From: an uncultured Gammaproteobacteria bacterium
Lineage (GTDB): Bacteria > Pseudomonadota > Gammaproteobacteria > JAKDMP01
DNA length: 64,000 nt
NCBI GenBank assembly: GCA_964586925.1
Contig: CAZPJI010000002.1
Coordinates: 64,039-128,038 of the forward strand
Reading direction: 5' to 3'
This document shows, piece by piece, positions 28,084 to 37,950 of the stretch. Numbering within the stretch: the first letter of the stretch is position 1; every line of letters begins with the position of its first letter. The translations under genes were made by a program, and so were the position numbers. Under the pieces are notes generated by a model. It saw only the letters and a list, made by a program, of their open reading frames with translations, ran no database searches and was not told the origin of the DNA.

Positions 28084-29028
28084 TCAATGCGAAAAGGGAA
28101 TCTGCAGGATGATGCCGGCAAACACGGCGGCGCCGAACCAATTGTTGTTGAGGAAGGCCTGGAAGCACTTCAGCGGTTCGCGCTCGCGGATCAACCATTG
28201 CTCGTAGAGCCCGAAACAGGCCGCTGCACCGAGGCCCCAGTAATAGGCCGGCGCCAGATGCAGGCGTACGCCGGTCAGCGCCAGGCCGATCAACACGGTG
28301 ACCTGGAGAATGCCGATGATGGTGCGATCCATTTCACCAAAGAGTATGGCTGTGGACTTGACGCCGATTTTTACGTCGTCCGGCCGGTCGGCCATCGCAT
28401 ACATGGTGTCGTAGACGGTGGCCCACAGGATATTGATGATCAGAAGCAGCCACGCCACGTTCGGCACGTGATCGGTCACGGCCGCGAACGCCATCGGAAT
28501 GCCCCAGCCGAAGGCCACGCCCAAATACAACTGCGGCAACTGGGTGAAACGCTTCATGAAAGGATAGGTGGCCGCCAGGAAAGCGCCGGGCAAGGCAAAC
28601 CACAACACGAGACGGTTCAACGTCAGCACCAGCCCCAGCGCAGCCAGAGAGAGGACGACAAAAATGGCCAGGGCCTCTGCGGGATGGATCTCCCTCCGGG
28701 CCAGCGGTCTCTCCTGCGTGCGCCAGACATGGGGGTCGATGCGCCGGTCGGCGAAGTCGTTCATGGCACACCCGGCGGACCGCATCAGAAAGGTGCCCAA
28801 CACGAAGACCACGAAATGCCAGGGCCGCGGATGGCCGTCGCTGGCCAGCCACAGCGCCCAGAGCGTGGGCCATAGGAGCAGAAACGTGCCGATGGGCTTA
28901 TTGATACGTGTCAGGCGCGCATAAGCGTCGAACCGTTTCAGTAACCACGGCAAATACTCGCGCGCGAATCGGCTGCGCCTCCAATTGTGGCGCAACCGCC
29001 GTATCCAGGGTTCGCGTGGCTTGCGCAT
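28084..29028 (-). CDS. ubiA: 4-hydroxybenzoate polyprenyltransferase UbiA. The ORF continues in frame upstream to 29370, adding a 114-aa Lys/Ala/Pro-rich extension
   Basis: LTRINKPIGTFLLLWPTLWAL N-terminal UbiA motif and D-rich NDFADRRID and YDTMYAMADRPDD motifs, 8-9 TM helices. The conventional start is MRKPREPW at 29028. The upstream in-frame region encodes KPNRKRSPARKKKTAARKTAPRKKTQAQQANKP. Confidence 0.85.
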   Translation of the reverse strand: MRKPREPWIRRLRHNWRRSRFAREYLPWLLKRFDAYARLTRINKPIGTFLLLWPTLWALWLASDGHPRPWHFVVFVLGTFLMRSAGCAMNDFADRRIDPHVWRTQERPLARREIHPAEALAIFVVLSLAALGLVLTLNRLVLWFALPGAFLAATYPFMKRFTQLPQLYLGVAFGWGIPMAFAAVTDHVPNVAWLLLIINILWATVYDTMYAMADRPDDVKIGVKSTAILFGEMDRTIIGILQVTVLIGLALTGVRLHLAPAYYWGLGAAACFGLYEQWLIREREPLKCFQAFLNNNWFGAAVFAGIILQIPFSH

Positions 29029-29326
29029 GGCGTCCGGATCGAGCGGACGCGGCTGGCCGGTCACGCGGTCCCAGGCGGAACGCGCGGCGCGAAGGATTGC
29101 AGACGCCGGCGACTGCGGCCGCTGCCGGAAACGGGGCCCCCGGGCGGCAGGCTCTTCCGCCGTCGCCTTTCTGGGGGCCGGGCCTGCCTGGGCGCGCTGT
29201 GTCGTCACTGGCTCCCTGGCCTGCTCCGGTTTATTAGCCTGCTGCGCCTGGGTTTTCTTGCGCGGCGCCGTCTTGCGTGCAGCCGTCTTCTTCTTGCGTG
29301 CAGGGCTGCGTTTTCGATTGGGTTTG

Positions 29327-31399
29327 TCAGGCGTCGGCATAGCGCAAGTCCTCTCCCAGCCAGAATTCAATCAGATGCTCTATCTCCACGGGCGGCACCT
29401 CGGTCAGAATCCGTTCGGCGCGCTGCGGCAAGCGTGCGACCAGGCCCCGATCCCGGGCGAGATCGGCAACGCGCATACGTGCAAATCCCGCCTGGTGGGT
29501 CCCCAGCAATTCGCCGGGCCCGCGCAACTCGAGATCGGCCTCGGCAATGACGAAACCATCATCACTGTTGCGCACCGCCATCAAGCGCTTGCGGGCCCGC
29601 TCGCCGAGCGGCGGCTTGTAGAGCAGCACGCAATGGCTCTGTGCGCCACCCCGGCCCACGCGGCCACGCAACTGGTGCAATTGGGCCAGGCCCAGCCGTT
29701 CGGCGTTCTCTATCACCATCAGCGTCGCATTGGGCACGTCCACCCCCACTTCAATCACGGTCGTCGCCACGAGCAGATCTATTTTGCCTGCGACGAACCT
29801 GCGCATGATCGCATCCTTTTCCGCAGCCGGCAGACGGCCATGTACCAGGGCGACCTTGACCGAAGGCAGGGCCGCGGCCAGCGCCTCGGCGGTTTTCTCC
29901 GCCGCCTGGGCCTCCAGCACCTCCGATTCCTCGATCAACGGGCACACCCAGTAGACCTGCCGCCCGGTTCCGATTACCTCGACGATGCGTTCGATCAATT
30001 CATCGCGGCGCGCTTCGCTCATCACGGCGGTGACGACGGGCACACGTCCGGGTGGGCGTTCATCCAGCACCGAGACGTCAAGGTCCGCGTACAGCGTCAT
30101 CGCGAGCGTGCGCGGGATGGGCGTCGCGCTCATGACCAGTTGATGCACCGCGCCCTGCTCGCCACCGGTGAGCGCCAGGCGCTGGCCGACTCCGAAACGG
30201 TGCTGTTCATCGACCACGGCCAGGGCCATTCCCGGCAGCGGGTTCTCTCCGGCGACCAGGGCATGTGTGCCTACCAGCACCAGCGGTTCACCTGCCGCCG
30301 CCCGTTCGCGCCAGCGCCGTCGTTCGGCCGCCGGCACATTCGCGGTATACAGACCCACGGGAACGCCGATGGTATCGAACCAGGCCGACAGGGTCCGCAT
30401 ATGCTGCTCGGCCAACAAGGCGGTAGGTGCCATGATCGCGGCCTGGTGACCGGCACCCACGGCCCGTGTCAACGCCAAGGCCGCCAGCACCGTTTTGCCG
30501 CTGCCGACATCGCCCTGCAGCAACCGACGCATCGGGCGGGTCGCATCGAGGTCGGCGGCGATCTCGCCGGCCACGCGCACCTGCCCGGCCGTCAGTTCGA
30601 AAGGCAGAGCCTTACGCAGCCGCCCGGCCACTTCTGCGCCTTCGGCAAGACTCGGCGCGTGACCCGTCCGGGACTGGTTTCTCAGCTGCCGCAACACCAG
30701 ATAATGCGCAAGCAATTCGTCCGCCGCCAGGCGCTGCAACACGGAGCCGTCCGGCTCCGGAGGCCCCTGCTCCGGGCGGGGATAATGCACGGCCTGCAAG
30801 GCCGGCACCAAGCCGGGCCAGTTCTCTTGAACCGGCGGCAGCTCATAGGCTTCGAGCCGCCCCGCGCGCAAGCCCGCAAGCGCCTGATCGACCGCACGCC
30901 GCAACGTGGCCTGACCCAGGCCGCTGACGGTGGGATAGACCGGCGTCAGCGTTTCGTTCGCCGGGGCCTCGGCGCCCGGTGTCAAACGGCGTAGCGATGG
31001 GTGCACCATCTCCAGGCCGCCCGGGCCCACACGTACCTCGCCGAAGCAGGCGAAACGCGCACCGCGCGCGAGGCTTTTTTGCATACGTTCGTGAAAGTGG
31101 AAAAAACGCAGGGTCACGTATCCCGTGCCGTCGCCCAACCGGACCACCAGCATGCGGCGGCGCGCACGCACGTGCTCGGCGACCAGGACCTCCCCCGCCA
31201 CCAGGGCCTCGGTGCCTGGATGCAAAGCGCCCATCGGGGTCACGTGCGTCTGATCTTCATAACGCAGGGGCAAATGCGTGAGCAACGCCGAGGGTCTGTC
31301 TATGCCCAACTTGGCCAGCCGCTCGGCCAGCCTCGGGCCTATGCCGCGAATGCCGCTCCACAGGGCGGCACCATCGGAAGTCTCTTCACCCCTGCTCAT
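29327..31399 (-). CDS. recG: ATP-dependent DNA helicase RecG
   Basis: Wedge domain followed by the SF2 helicase core: Walker A GDVGSGKT, DEQHRFG (DEQH box), helicase C motifs, TRG motif. Start taken at MSRGEETSDG. The ORF extends to 31462. Confidence 0.9.
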   Translation of the reverse strand: MSRGEETSDGAALWSGIRGIGPRLAERLAKLGIDRPSALLTHLPLRYEDQTHVTPMGALHPGTEALVAGEVLVAEHVRARRRMLVVRLGDGTGYVTLRFFHFHERMQKSLARGARFACFGEVRVGPGGLEMVHPSLRRLTPGAEAPANETLTPVYPTVSGLGQATLRRAVDQALAGLRAGRLEAYELPPVQENWPGLVPALQAVHYPRPEQGPPEPDGSVLQRLAADELLAHYLVLRQLRNQSRTGHAPSLAEGAEVAGRLRKALPFELTAGQVRVAGEIAADLDATRPMRRLLQGDVGSGKTVLAALALTRAVGAGHQAAIMAPTALLAEQHMRTLSAWFDTIGVPVGLYTANVPAAERRRWRERAAAGEPLVLVGTHALVAGENPLPGMALAVVDEQHRFGVGQRLALTGGEQGAVHQLVMSATPIPRTLAMTLYADLDVSVLDERPPGRVPVVTAVMSEARRDELIERIVEVIGTGRQVYWVCPLIEESEVLEAQAAEKTAEALAAALPSVKVALVHGRLPAAEKDAIMRRFVAGKIDLLVATTVIEVGVDVPNATLMVIENAERLGLAQLHQLRGRVGRGGAQSHCVLLYKPPLGERARKRLMAVRNSDDGFVIAEADLELRGPGELLGTHQAGFARMRVADLARDRGLVARLPQRAERILTEVPPVEIEHLIEFWLGEDLRYADA

Positions 31400-31555
31400 C
31401 GTGTTTACTAGCCCGGAAATTTCATGAATTCGCGCGATGATCGCACAGCATATTGGTTTCACAAGGAATTTTGTGAAGGCGTGGCGTATCAGCGATTACG
31501 GCCAACTGAACAAAATTTCTTGTGGAAGCAATAGGCAAGCGAGGGCGTGCGCAAT

Positions 31556-33886
31556 TCATGAATTTTCCGGGCTTGCACGGGTGTGCGGTGCCATGAGAAT
31601 CGAGAGGCAGAAATGGAATGCCACGCCCAGCGCCACGGTCAATCCAATCGCCCGCAGCACGGGAATGGTGGACCATACCAACATCCCGAACACCAGCAAT
31701 GCCGACAACACGCACACGACGGTCGCATGCAATGTACGCCGCTGTTCCGCGGGATCGCCGGTATCGCGCTCGAAGAACAAGGCGTAATGCAGGCCGAGAC
31801 CGGCCGCCAGGATCAGCGCGATCAGATGAAACAGGGAAATCTCGATACCCGCCAAGCGCTCGACGGCAAGGACCAGGAACGTGGCAAGCGTCATGGGTGC
31901 CAGCACATGCCAGGCACGGCGCACACTGCGCAAGGCGAAGGTCACCGTCAGAATGAGCAGCGCGGCAGCGATGATGAGCGCATGCAGGATACGCACGCGG
32001 TAATCATTCACCAGCTTTTCGGAGGCCGCTTTGATGTCGAGCAGACTCACGCGCCCGTCCGTGGTTTTCGACAAGGCCGCGATGGCCGCGGGTTTCTTGA
32101 CGCCGCTCAGGGTCGCCAGTCCCAGCCAGTGGTTCCCCTGGTGCACGAGCATCGAAGCGAGACGCTGGCCCAGCGGCGTGGACTCGAACTGTTGCGGTGT
32201 TACCGGCGGAGCATGCTTCGCTGTCTCGACATCGTTGACGAAAGGCGCAAACAGCCCCTTGCGAAAGGGTAGCCCCGCCCGGGCCTTGGCCAGCGATTGT
32301 TCCAGCTCTGAACGATCGGGTAGCCGGGCTTGGCGGGCCTGCTGAGTGGCCAGGCTCGGCAGATAGCGCGAGGGCAACTCGGCTGCGTCCAGTACCCCCT
32401 CCTGTTCGAGGCTGCGCAGTTTCGGCGCCACCCGTTCGGAAAGCTGCAGTACCGACTGGGCGCTGTCGCCATGCAACAACAGCAGATAACGCGGGTCCGG
32501 CGCCCCCAGCGCCTCGGATAAATGCGTCTGCGTGGCAATCATTTTCTGCGAGAGCGGGGTCAGTCCACCCAGGCTCTGCTGCCAGAATGCACCGGGCGCC
32601 AGCCACAGCGCGAGACCCACTCCCACGGCAAGCAACCAGGGCAACCAGCGCGGTCGCGGCAACCCGTCGAGGAAAGCGCGAAAACGAGCCAGGCCGGGAG
32701 TGCCGGCGCAGTCGATGAAGCGCGCAGGCAACACACGCGGCAGCAAATAACGGGTCGAGAATCCCGCCACAAGCAAACCGGTGATCGTGAATACCGCCAA
32801 CTGCTGCAGCCCCGGTACGCCCGACGCATAGAACGCCAGGTATGCAATGCAGGCCGAGGCGATCGCCGTCAGCAGCAACGGCCAGAGTCCGCGCACGCTT
32901 TCCAGCGCCGTGGCCCCTGCGCGCCGGTGGCTGAGCAGACGGATGGGGTACTCCTGCGCCACACCGAGCAGCGTGAATCCGAAAGCGAGGGTAATACCAT
33001 TGGCCCGATCAAAGCCCAGGATCAGTGCGGCAAGACCAGCCAGCGCACCGCTCGCGATCGGCAGGCCCGCCAATATCAGGGCACTCGGACTTCGATAGGC
33101 CAAAAGCAGCAGCAGAATGAAGCCGATTGTGGAGATGGCTCCGATCCAATCCGCTTGCGCCTTGGTGTTGCGGGCAATGATTACGCTGAAATAGCCGGGC
33201 CCGCTGAGCACGAGTTGCGCATCGCTGCTGTGCGGCAGCTTCGCATAGGCCTCGCGCAAGGCGCCGACCGCACGCGCCTGGGCGTCGGGATCGAAACCGG
33301 CGGCACGGGTCTGCACCAGCATGAGCGCCTCGCCCTGCTTGTCGAACCAAACGCCGTCGCGCGTCTCGGGGCCATGCGCCGGGGCCCAGCGTTGCACGAG
33401 TTTGAGCACTTCCAGGGTCGGATCGCGCGGCAGCCATTTCTGGAGCATCCCGCTGGCGGGCGAGCCCAGGTCCTGCAGACGCTCTTCCAGTTGCTGGTGG
33501 AGATAGGCGGCGTCCAGCCGCTGACGGTCCAGCGTGTCGGTAAACAGATAACGGTAGGGCAACCATTTCGGATCCAGCGAGGACAGATTGAAATCGCCGT
33601 TGATGACCCGGCTGAAACGATCGTCCTTGCGCAGGCTCGCGGTAAGCCCCTTGCTGAGCGCGGCCAGCCGCGCCGTGTCGGCGCCTTTGATAGCCAGCAG
33701 CAGCAGTCGCGAGCCCGGCCCTTGGCCGATCTGCTGCATCAAGAGACGCTGATCCGGATTGGTGGCGCTGGGCATGAAGCTGCGCAAGTCGGTGCCGACC
33801 TTGAGTGAGTGCATGACGTACGCGCCGAGGCCACCAAGCACCAGCAGCCACAGAACAATCAATCCGATACGCGTGCGCAGCTTCAC
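31556..33886 (-). CDS. MMPL/RND-superfamily predicted exporter (COG4258-like), 776 aa
   Basis: Two 5-6-TM bundles, each preceded by a large periplasmic domain. Paired with a LolA-like gene upstream, the typical COG4258 context. Confidence 0.7.
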   Translation of the reverse strand: MKLRTRIGLIVLWLLVLGGLGAYVMHSLKVGTDLRSFMPSATNPDQRLLMQQIGQGPGSRLLLLAIKGADTARLAALSKGLTASLRKDDRFSRVINGDFNLSSLDPKWLPYRYLFTDTLDRQRLDAAYLHQQLEERLQDLGSPASGMLQKWLPRDPTLEVLKLVQRWAPAHGPETRDGVWFDKQGEALMLVQTRAAGFDPDAQARAVGALREAYAKLPHSSDAQLVLSGPGYFSVIIARNTKAQADWIGAISTIGFILLLLLAYRSPSALILAGLPIASGALAGLAALILGFDRANGITLAFGFTLLGVAQEYPIRLLSHRRAGATALESVRGLWPLLLTAIASACIAYLAFYASGVPGLQQLAVFTITGLLVAGFSTRYLLPRVLPARFIDCAGTPGLARFRAFLDGLPRPRWLPWLLAVGVGLALWLAPGAFWQQSLGGLTPLSQKMIATQTHLSEALGAPDPRYLLLLHGDSAQSVLQLSERVAPKLRSLEQEGVLDAAELPSRYLPSLATQQARQARLPDRSELEQSLAKARAGLPFRKGLFAPFVNDVETAKHAPPVTPQQFESTPLGQRLASMLVHQGNHWLGLATLSGVKKPAAIAALSKTTDGRVSLLDIKAASEKLVNDYRVRILHALIIAAALLILTVTFALRSVRRAWHVLAPMTLATFLVLAVERLAGIEISLFHLIALILAAGLGLHYALFFERDTGDPAEQRRTLHATVVCVLSALLVFGMLVWSTIPVLRAIGLTVALGVAFHFCLSILMAPHTRASPENS

Positions 33887-34001
33887 GCCGCTTGCTCCCT
33901 AGGAGCGTGTCTGACTTGAGCGATCGTAGCGAGGCAGTAGATCAGCCTCAAATCCGACACGCTCCTGGCCGGCACCGGTTCAAGCCCGCCGCCCGGGCGA
34001 A

Positions 34002-34670
34002 TCAGCCCGCCCGGCACAGCTTCTGCAGCGCGGCCTGCGTGGGGCGGGACGGCACGTGCCCGGCCAGCGGGCCGAGCACGTAGATGCTCGTGTCACCGCC
34101 CGATTGAAGTATCTCGATGCAGCGCAAGGTGCCGGAATTGCCGTCGAGGGCAAGCTGTTTGAGCTGATCCTTCAATTTGGCGGAACGCGGCGCCAGAAGC
34201 AGCGTCCAGTAGGCCTGGGGACGCCCCTGAAGCGATGCCTCGAACACGCCGCGAAGCCGCTTGGGATTGCCCGCCAGCACGGCAATCAGGCCATCGAGCA
34301 GCGCCTTCATGGCCGGCGCGCGATCCAGCGAGTAATGCCGCGTGCCGTGCCCGGCACGAGTCACGCTGACTTGCGTGCCGTCGATCTTCGTATGCTCCGA
34401 GTAAGGTTTCGTGACCTTGCGCTCGAGTACGTCCCCGCCTTCCCATGCGAGTTCGCCATGCAACAAGAGGGCGCGGTCGAGGAGTGACGAAAAACGTGCC
34501 TCGGCAAACGCCGTCTGCGTCGGCGGCTGCTGCGCGAGGCGATGCACGATGCTCAGAGGGTGGGACGCCGAAAACGCGGGCGGCGCACCGGTTGCCGCAC
34601 GCGCATACGAGGCCGTCGCCACCAGTACACCGATGAAAGCTGCCGTCCACAACGTAATCCAGGTTTTCAA
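34002..34670 (-). CDS. LolA-like outer-membrane lipoprotein carrier family protein (periplasmic). Start uncertain: the ORF runs to 34715 and would overlap ridA
   Basis: Signal-peptide-like TWITLWTAAFIGVLVATASYARA, then a ~200-aa soluble domain. Size and context next to a COG4258 exporter fit the LolA-like family. Confidence 0.5.
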   Translation of the reverse strand: MKTWITLWTAAFIGVLVATASYARAATGAPPAFSASHPLSIVHRLAQQPPTQTAFAEARFSSLLDRALLLHGELAWEGGDVLERKVTKPYSEHTKIDGTQVSVTRAGHGTRHYSLDRAPAMKALLDGLIAVLAGNPKRLRGVFEASLQGRPQAYWTLLLAPRSAKLKDQLKQLALDGNSGTLRCIEILQSGGDTSIYVLGPLAGHVPSRPTQAALQKLCRAG

Positions 34671-35062
34671 ACGTCTGCCTCCCTGCCGGCCATGATGGCT
34701 TCGACCTCCACACAAGCACCGCGCGGCAATGCAGAAACTTCCACTGCCGCACGCGCAGGAAACGGTTCGGAGAAAACGGACTGCATGACCTCGTTGACCG
34801 TCGCGTAATCGCCCAGATCCGTCAAATAGACCGTGAGCTTGACCAGGGATTCCAGAGAACCGCCGGCAGCGGCTGCCACGGCGTTCAGATTCCGGAATAC
34901 CTGCCGGGTCTGGGCCTCGACTCCACCGCCTACCAATTCGCCGCTCGCGGGATCGAGCCCGATCTGGCCCGAGAGAAAAACCCAGCTGCCGGCCTGGATG
35001 GCCTGCGAATAAGGCCCGATGGCCGCGGGCGCCTCGGTCGTCGCGATCGCTTTTCTTGTCAC
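34667..35062 (-). CDS. ridA: RidA/YjgF family reactive enamine/imine deaminase
   Basis: 131 aa with AIGPYSQA, GQIGLDP, and the C-terminal AAVEVSALPRGACVEVEAI conserved Arg. Classic RidA. Confidence 0.88.
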   Translation of the reverse strand: MTRKAIATTEAPAAIGPYSQAIQAGSWVFLSGQIGLDPASGELVGGGVEAQTRQVFRNLNAVAAAAGGSLESLVKLTVYLTDLGDYATVNEVMQSVFSEPFPARAAVEVSALPRGACVEVEAIMAGREADV

Positions 35063-35290
35063 CGTTTCAATTTCCGTTGCCTATACAGCGCACATTGTGC
35101 CGTAAACGCCGCCCAATCTGAATTGGCAGCACCCCACCGGTCCAGACTCCGCCTATCCCAACCACTTCACGAAGTTCATAGGCCTGAAAACTCTCGCCAA
35201 GGCGCATGGATCGCCAAGTGGATTAATCAAAAACAAGGAGCCTGCCAAAATGTCGCAGATTTTCACGGCCTTGAATATTGTTTAGCCCCT

Positions 35291-35318
35291 TCTCTGCGTC
35301 TTTGCGCCTTGGCGAGAA
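35291..35318. repeat. YCTTTGCG-array repeat (tctctgcgtctttgcgccttggcgagaa), family B
   Basis: Three tandem octamer variants plus an AGAA tail, in the ridA-spoT intergenic region. Confidence 0.55.
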
Positions 35319-35336
35319 TATCCCGACATCTCCACC

Positions 35337-37472
35337 CTAGGTGCGGACGACGCGCAGTACGGACGCCGTCTTGCGCAGGCGCCGGATGATACGCGCCAGG
35401 TGCGCCCTGTCGCGAACGGTCAACTCAAGCGTCAATATCGAGATACCGTCTTCGCGCTCGGCCACCTGGGCATGGTGAATATTGGAGCCTTCCGCGGAAA
35501 CCGTTGCCGCCACGGAAGCGAGCACGCCGCGCTCGTCCTCGAGCTCCAACCTCAGTTCGGCCGGGTAATCGCGGCGCGCTTCTTCATGGAAAGCGATATC
35601 GACCACGCGGTCGCTGTCCTTCTGGGCAATCAGGTTGCCGCAATCGACCCGGTGCACCACGAGTCCCTTGCCGCGCGTAAGAAGGCCCGCAATGCGGTCC
35701 CCGGGTATGGGGTGGCAACAACGGGCCAGCGACACGGCAAAACCCTCGGTGCCTTGAATTTCAATCGGTGCCGCCTGCGAGAGTGGCGCCGCCTCGGAAT
35801 CAGTTACGAATCGGCGGGCCACCAGTAATGCCGGCAATTCGCCAATGCCGATGCGGCGCAACAATTCCTCGGTGGAATCGATTTTGAGTTCCCCGGCGAC
35901 CCGCTCCAGTTCCCGGTTCTTGCGCTTGAGATCGAGTTTGTAGCTTTCCAGGGCCTGCTGCAACATACGCCGACCCAGGCGCTCCGCATCCTCGGCGCGC
36001 ATATCACGCAGGAAGCGGCGCAAGGCCGAACGCGCTTTTGCGCTCACCGCGAAATTGAGCCAGGCCGGGTTGGGCCGGGCGTTGCGCGCCGTGATGACCT
36101 CCACGGTCTGCCCGGTCTGCAACTGCGTGCGCAGCGGCACGACGCGCCGGTCGACCTTGGCCGATACACAGGCATTGCCGATGTCGGTGTGTACCGCATA
36201 AGCAAAGTCCACCGGCGTGGCACCGCGCGGCAACTCGATGATCTCGCCCTTGGGGGTAAACACGTAGATATCGTTGGGCGCGAGATCGATCTTGGCATGC
36301 TCGAGGAACTCGATCGGCGTCGCGCTCTCGGCATTGATCTCGTCCAGGCTACGCAACAGGTCGCGCGCCCGTATTTCGTCCGAAGAACCGGCGCCCTGCC
36401 CCGTCTTGTACATCCAGTGCGCGGAAATGCCGTTCTCGGCAACCTGCTCCATGGCTTCGGTGCGGATCTGCACTTCGACCGGCTGTCCGGTGGGACCGAC
36501 GATCACGCTGTGCAGGGACTGATAGCCGTTGGCCTTGGGCAGGGCAATGTAATCCTTGAAACGCCCCGGTACCGGCTTGTAAACACCGTGCACCAAGCCC
36601 AGGACACGGTAGCAATCGTCCACATTCTCCGTGACGATGCGAATACCGTGGATATCCATGACTTCGCTGAGCCGCAGGCTCTTGCCGCGCATTTTGCGAT
36701 AGATGCTGTAGAGCGCCTTGTCGCGCCCCCTCACCTGTGCGTTGAGACCGACCTTGGCACAGCGGGCCGCCAGCGTTTTGACCATCTTCGGTACGGCGCT
36801 TACGCGCAGGCCGCGTTCCCGGCGCACGGCCCGGCCGAGTACCCGGTAACGATCGGGATACAGGCTGCGAAATCCCAAATCCTCGAGCTCCAGCCGAATT
36901 CGGCGCATGCCCAGCCGATGAGCGATCGGCGCGTAGATCTCCAGCGTCTCGCGGGCGATGCGGCGGCGTTTTTCCGCGGGCATGACACCCAGCGTGCGCA
37001 TGTTGTGCAGGCGGTCGGCGAGCTTGATCAGGATGACCCTCACGTCCGCCACCATCGCCAGCACCATCTTGCGGAAATTTTCCGCCTGGGCTTCGCGGCG
37101 GCTCTCGAAGCGGATCTGCGTCAGCTTGGAGACCCCGTCCACCAGGCGGGCGACTTCCTCGCCGAACAACTCGGCCAGTTCCCCGCGCTCGGCCGGCGTG
37201 TCCTCGATGACGTCATGCAGGAGCGCCGCCTCAAGCGTGGCGGCGTCGAGCGACATTTGGGCCAGGATGCGGGCCACGGCCAGGGGGTGAGTGATATAAG
37301 GCTCGCCGGTGAGGCGGCGCTGGTCGCGATGCGCCTCCTGGGCATACAGGTAGGCGCGTCGGACTTCCTCGATCTCTGCGGGCGCGAGATAGCGCGCCAG
37401 ATCGGCGGTCAGGTCGCTAAGCTTGCTTTCGCCAGCGGTTCCATGCGGCCCGGGTCGGTGTAGGGCACGCAT
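35337..37472 (-). CDS. spoT: Bifunctional (p)ppGpp synthetase/hydrolase SpoT
   Basis: HD hydrolase domain (HPLAVARILAQM...LLHDVIEDT), synthetase domain (RIKSLYSIYRKM-like YRKMRGK, DIHGIRIV), TGS and ACT C-terminal domains. Lies downstream of rpoZ as in E. coli. Confidence 0.9.
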   Translation of the reverse strand: MRALHRPGPHGTAGESKLSDLTADLARYLAPAEIEEVRRAYLYAQEAHRDQRRLTGEPYITHPLAVARILAQMSLDAATLEAALLHDVIEDTPAERGELAELFGEEVARLVDGVSKLTQIRFESRREAQAENFRKMVLAMVADVRVILIKLADRLHNMRTLGVMPAEKRRRIARETLEIYAPIAHRLGMRRIRLELEDLGFRSLYPDRYRVLGRAVRRERGLRVSAVPKMVKTLAARCAKVGLNAQVRGRDKALYSIYRKMRGKSLRLSEVMDIHGIRIVTENVDDCYRVLGLVHGVYKPVPGRFKDYIALPKANGYQSLHSVIVGPTGQPVEVQIRTEAMEQVAENGISAHWMYKTGQGAGSSDEIRARDLLRSLDEINAESATPIEFLEHAKIDLAPNDIYVFTPKGEIIELPRGATPVDFAYAVHTDIGNACVSAKVDRRVVPLRTQLQTGQTVEVITARNARPNPAWLNFAVSAKARSALRRFLRDMRAEDAERLGRRMLQQALESYKLDLKRKNRELERVAGELKIDSTEELLRRIGIGELPALLVARRFVTDSEAAPLSQAAPIEIQGTEGFAVSLARCCHPIPGDRIAGLLTRGKGLVVHRVDCGNLIAQKDSDRVVDIAFHEEARRDYPAELRLELEDERGVLASVAATVSAEGSNIHHAQVAEREDGISILTLELTVRDRAHLARIIRRLRKTASVLRVVRT

Positions 37473-37486
37473 AACTCAAGACCCGC

Positions 37487-37834
37487 TCAAGCCTTCTCGG
37501 GCTCGTCCCCACTCGCGGCCTTGGCTTCATTGCTGCCCGATTCTTCCTCTTCTTCCTCGTCGTCATCGACCGACAGATCGATATCGATGTCGTCGACATC
37601 GGGCAGTGTGAATATCTCGCGCTCGCTCGGCTCGTCGGATTCTTCCAGGATGGAGCGATCCACCTGCCCGGCGGCAATTTCGCGCAACGCGACAACCGTG
37701 GGTTTGTCGCCCTCGAGGGGGACGCCCGGTTCGCGTCCGTGTGAGAGCTGGCGCGCCCGCTTGGAAGCGACCAGGACGAGGTCGAACAGGTTGTCGATCT
37801 TGTTAGTGCAGTCTTCGACGGTTACTCTGGCCAT
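37487..37834 (-). CDS. rpoZ: RNA polymerase omega subunit RpoZ with an extended acidic C-terminal tail
   Basis: [30 protein letters not shown] is the canonical omega N-terminus. The C-terminal ~40 aa are D/E-rich ([20 protein letters not shown]). Conserved gmk-rpoZ-spoT order. Confidence 0.88.
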   Translation of the reverse strand: MARVTVEDCTNKIDNLFDLVLVASKRARQLSHGREPGVPLEGDKPTVVALREIAAGQVDRSILEESDEPSEREIFTLPDVDDIDIDLSVDDDEEEEEESGSNEAKAASGDEPEKA

Positions 37835-37950
37835 GTCGTATGCATACCCCGCGCAAGCGGTGTTCTAAAAGCTAATCAATAGTTTAAGTGATCCGTCAAG
37901 CCTGCGCCAGCGGATGCGGCGGACGGGCAAGGGCGCCGAAAGCCCTGCTG

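Noticed and set aside
28985-30994. 669-aa plus-strand ORF
   Set aside because: It is antisense to recG (Walker A, DEQH, helicase C motifs on the minus strand).
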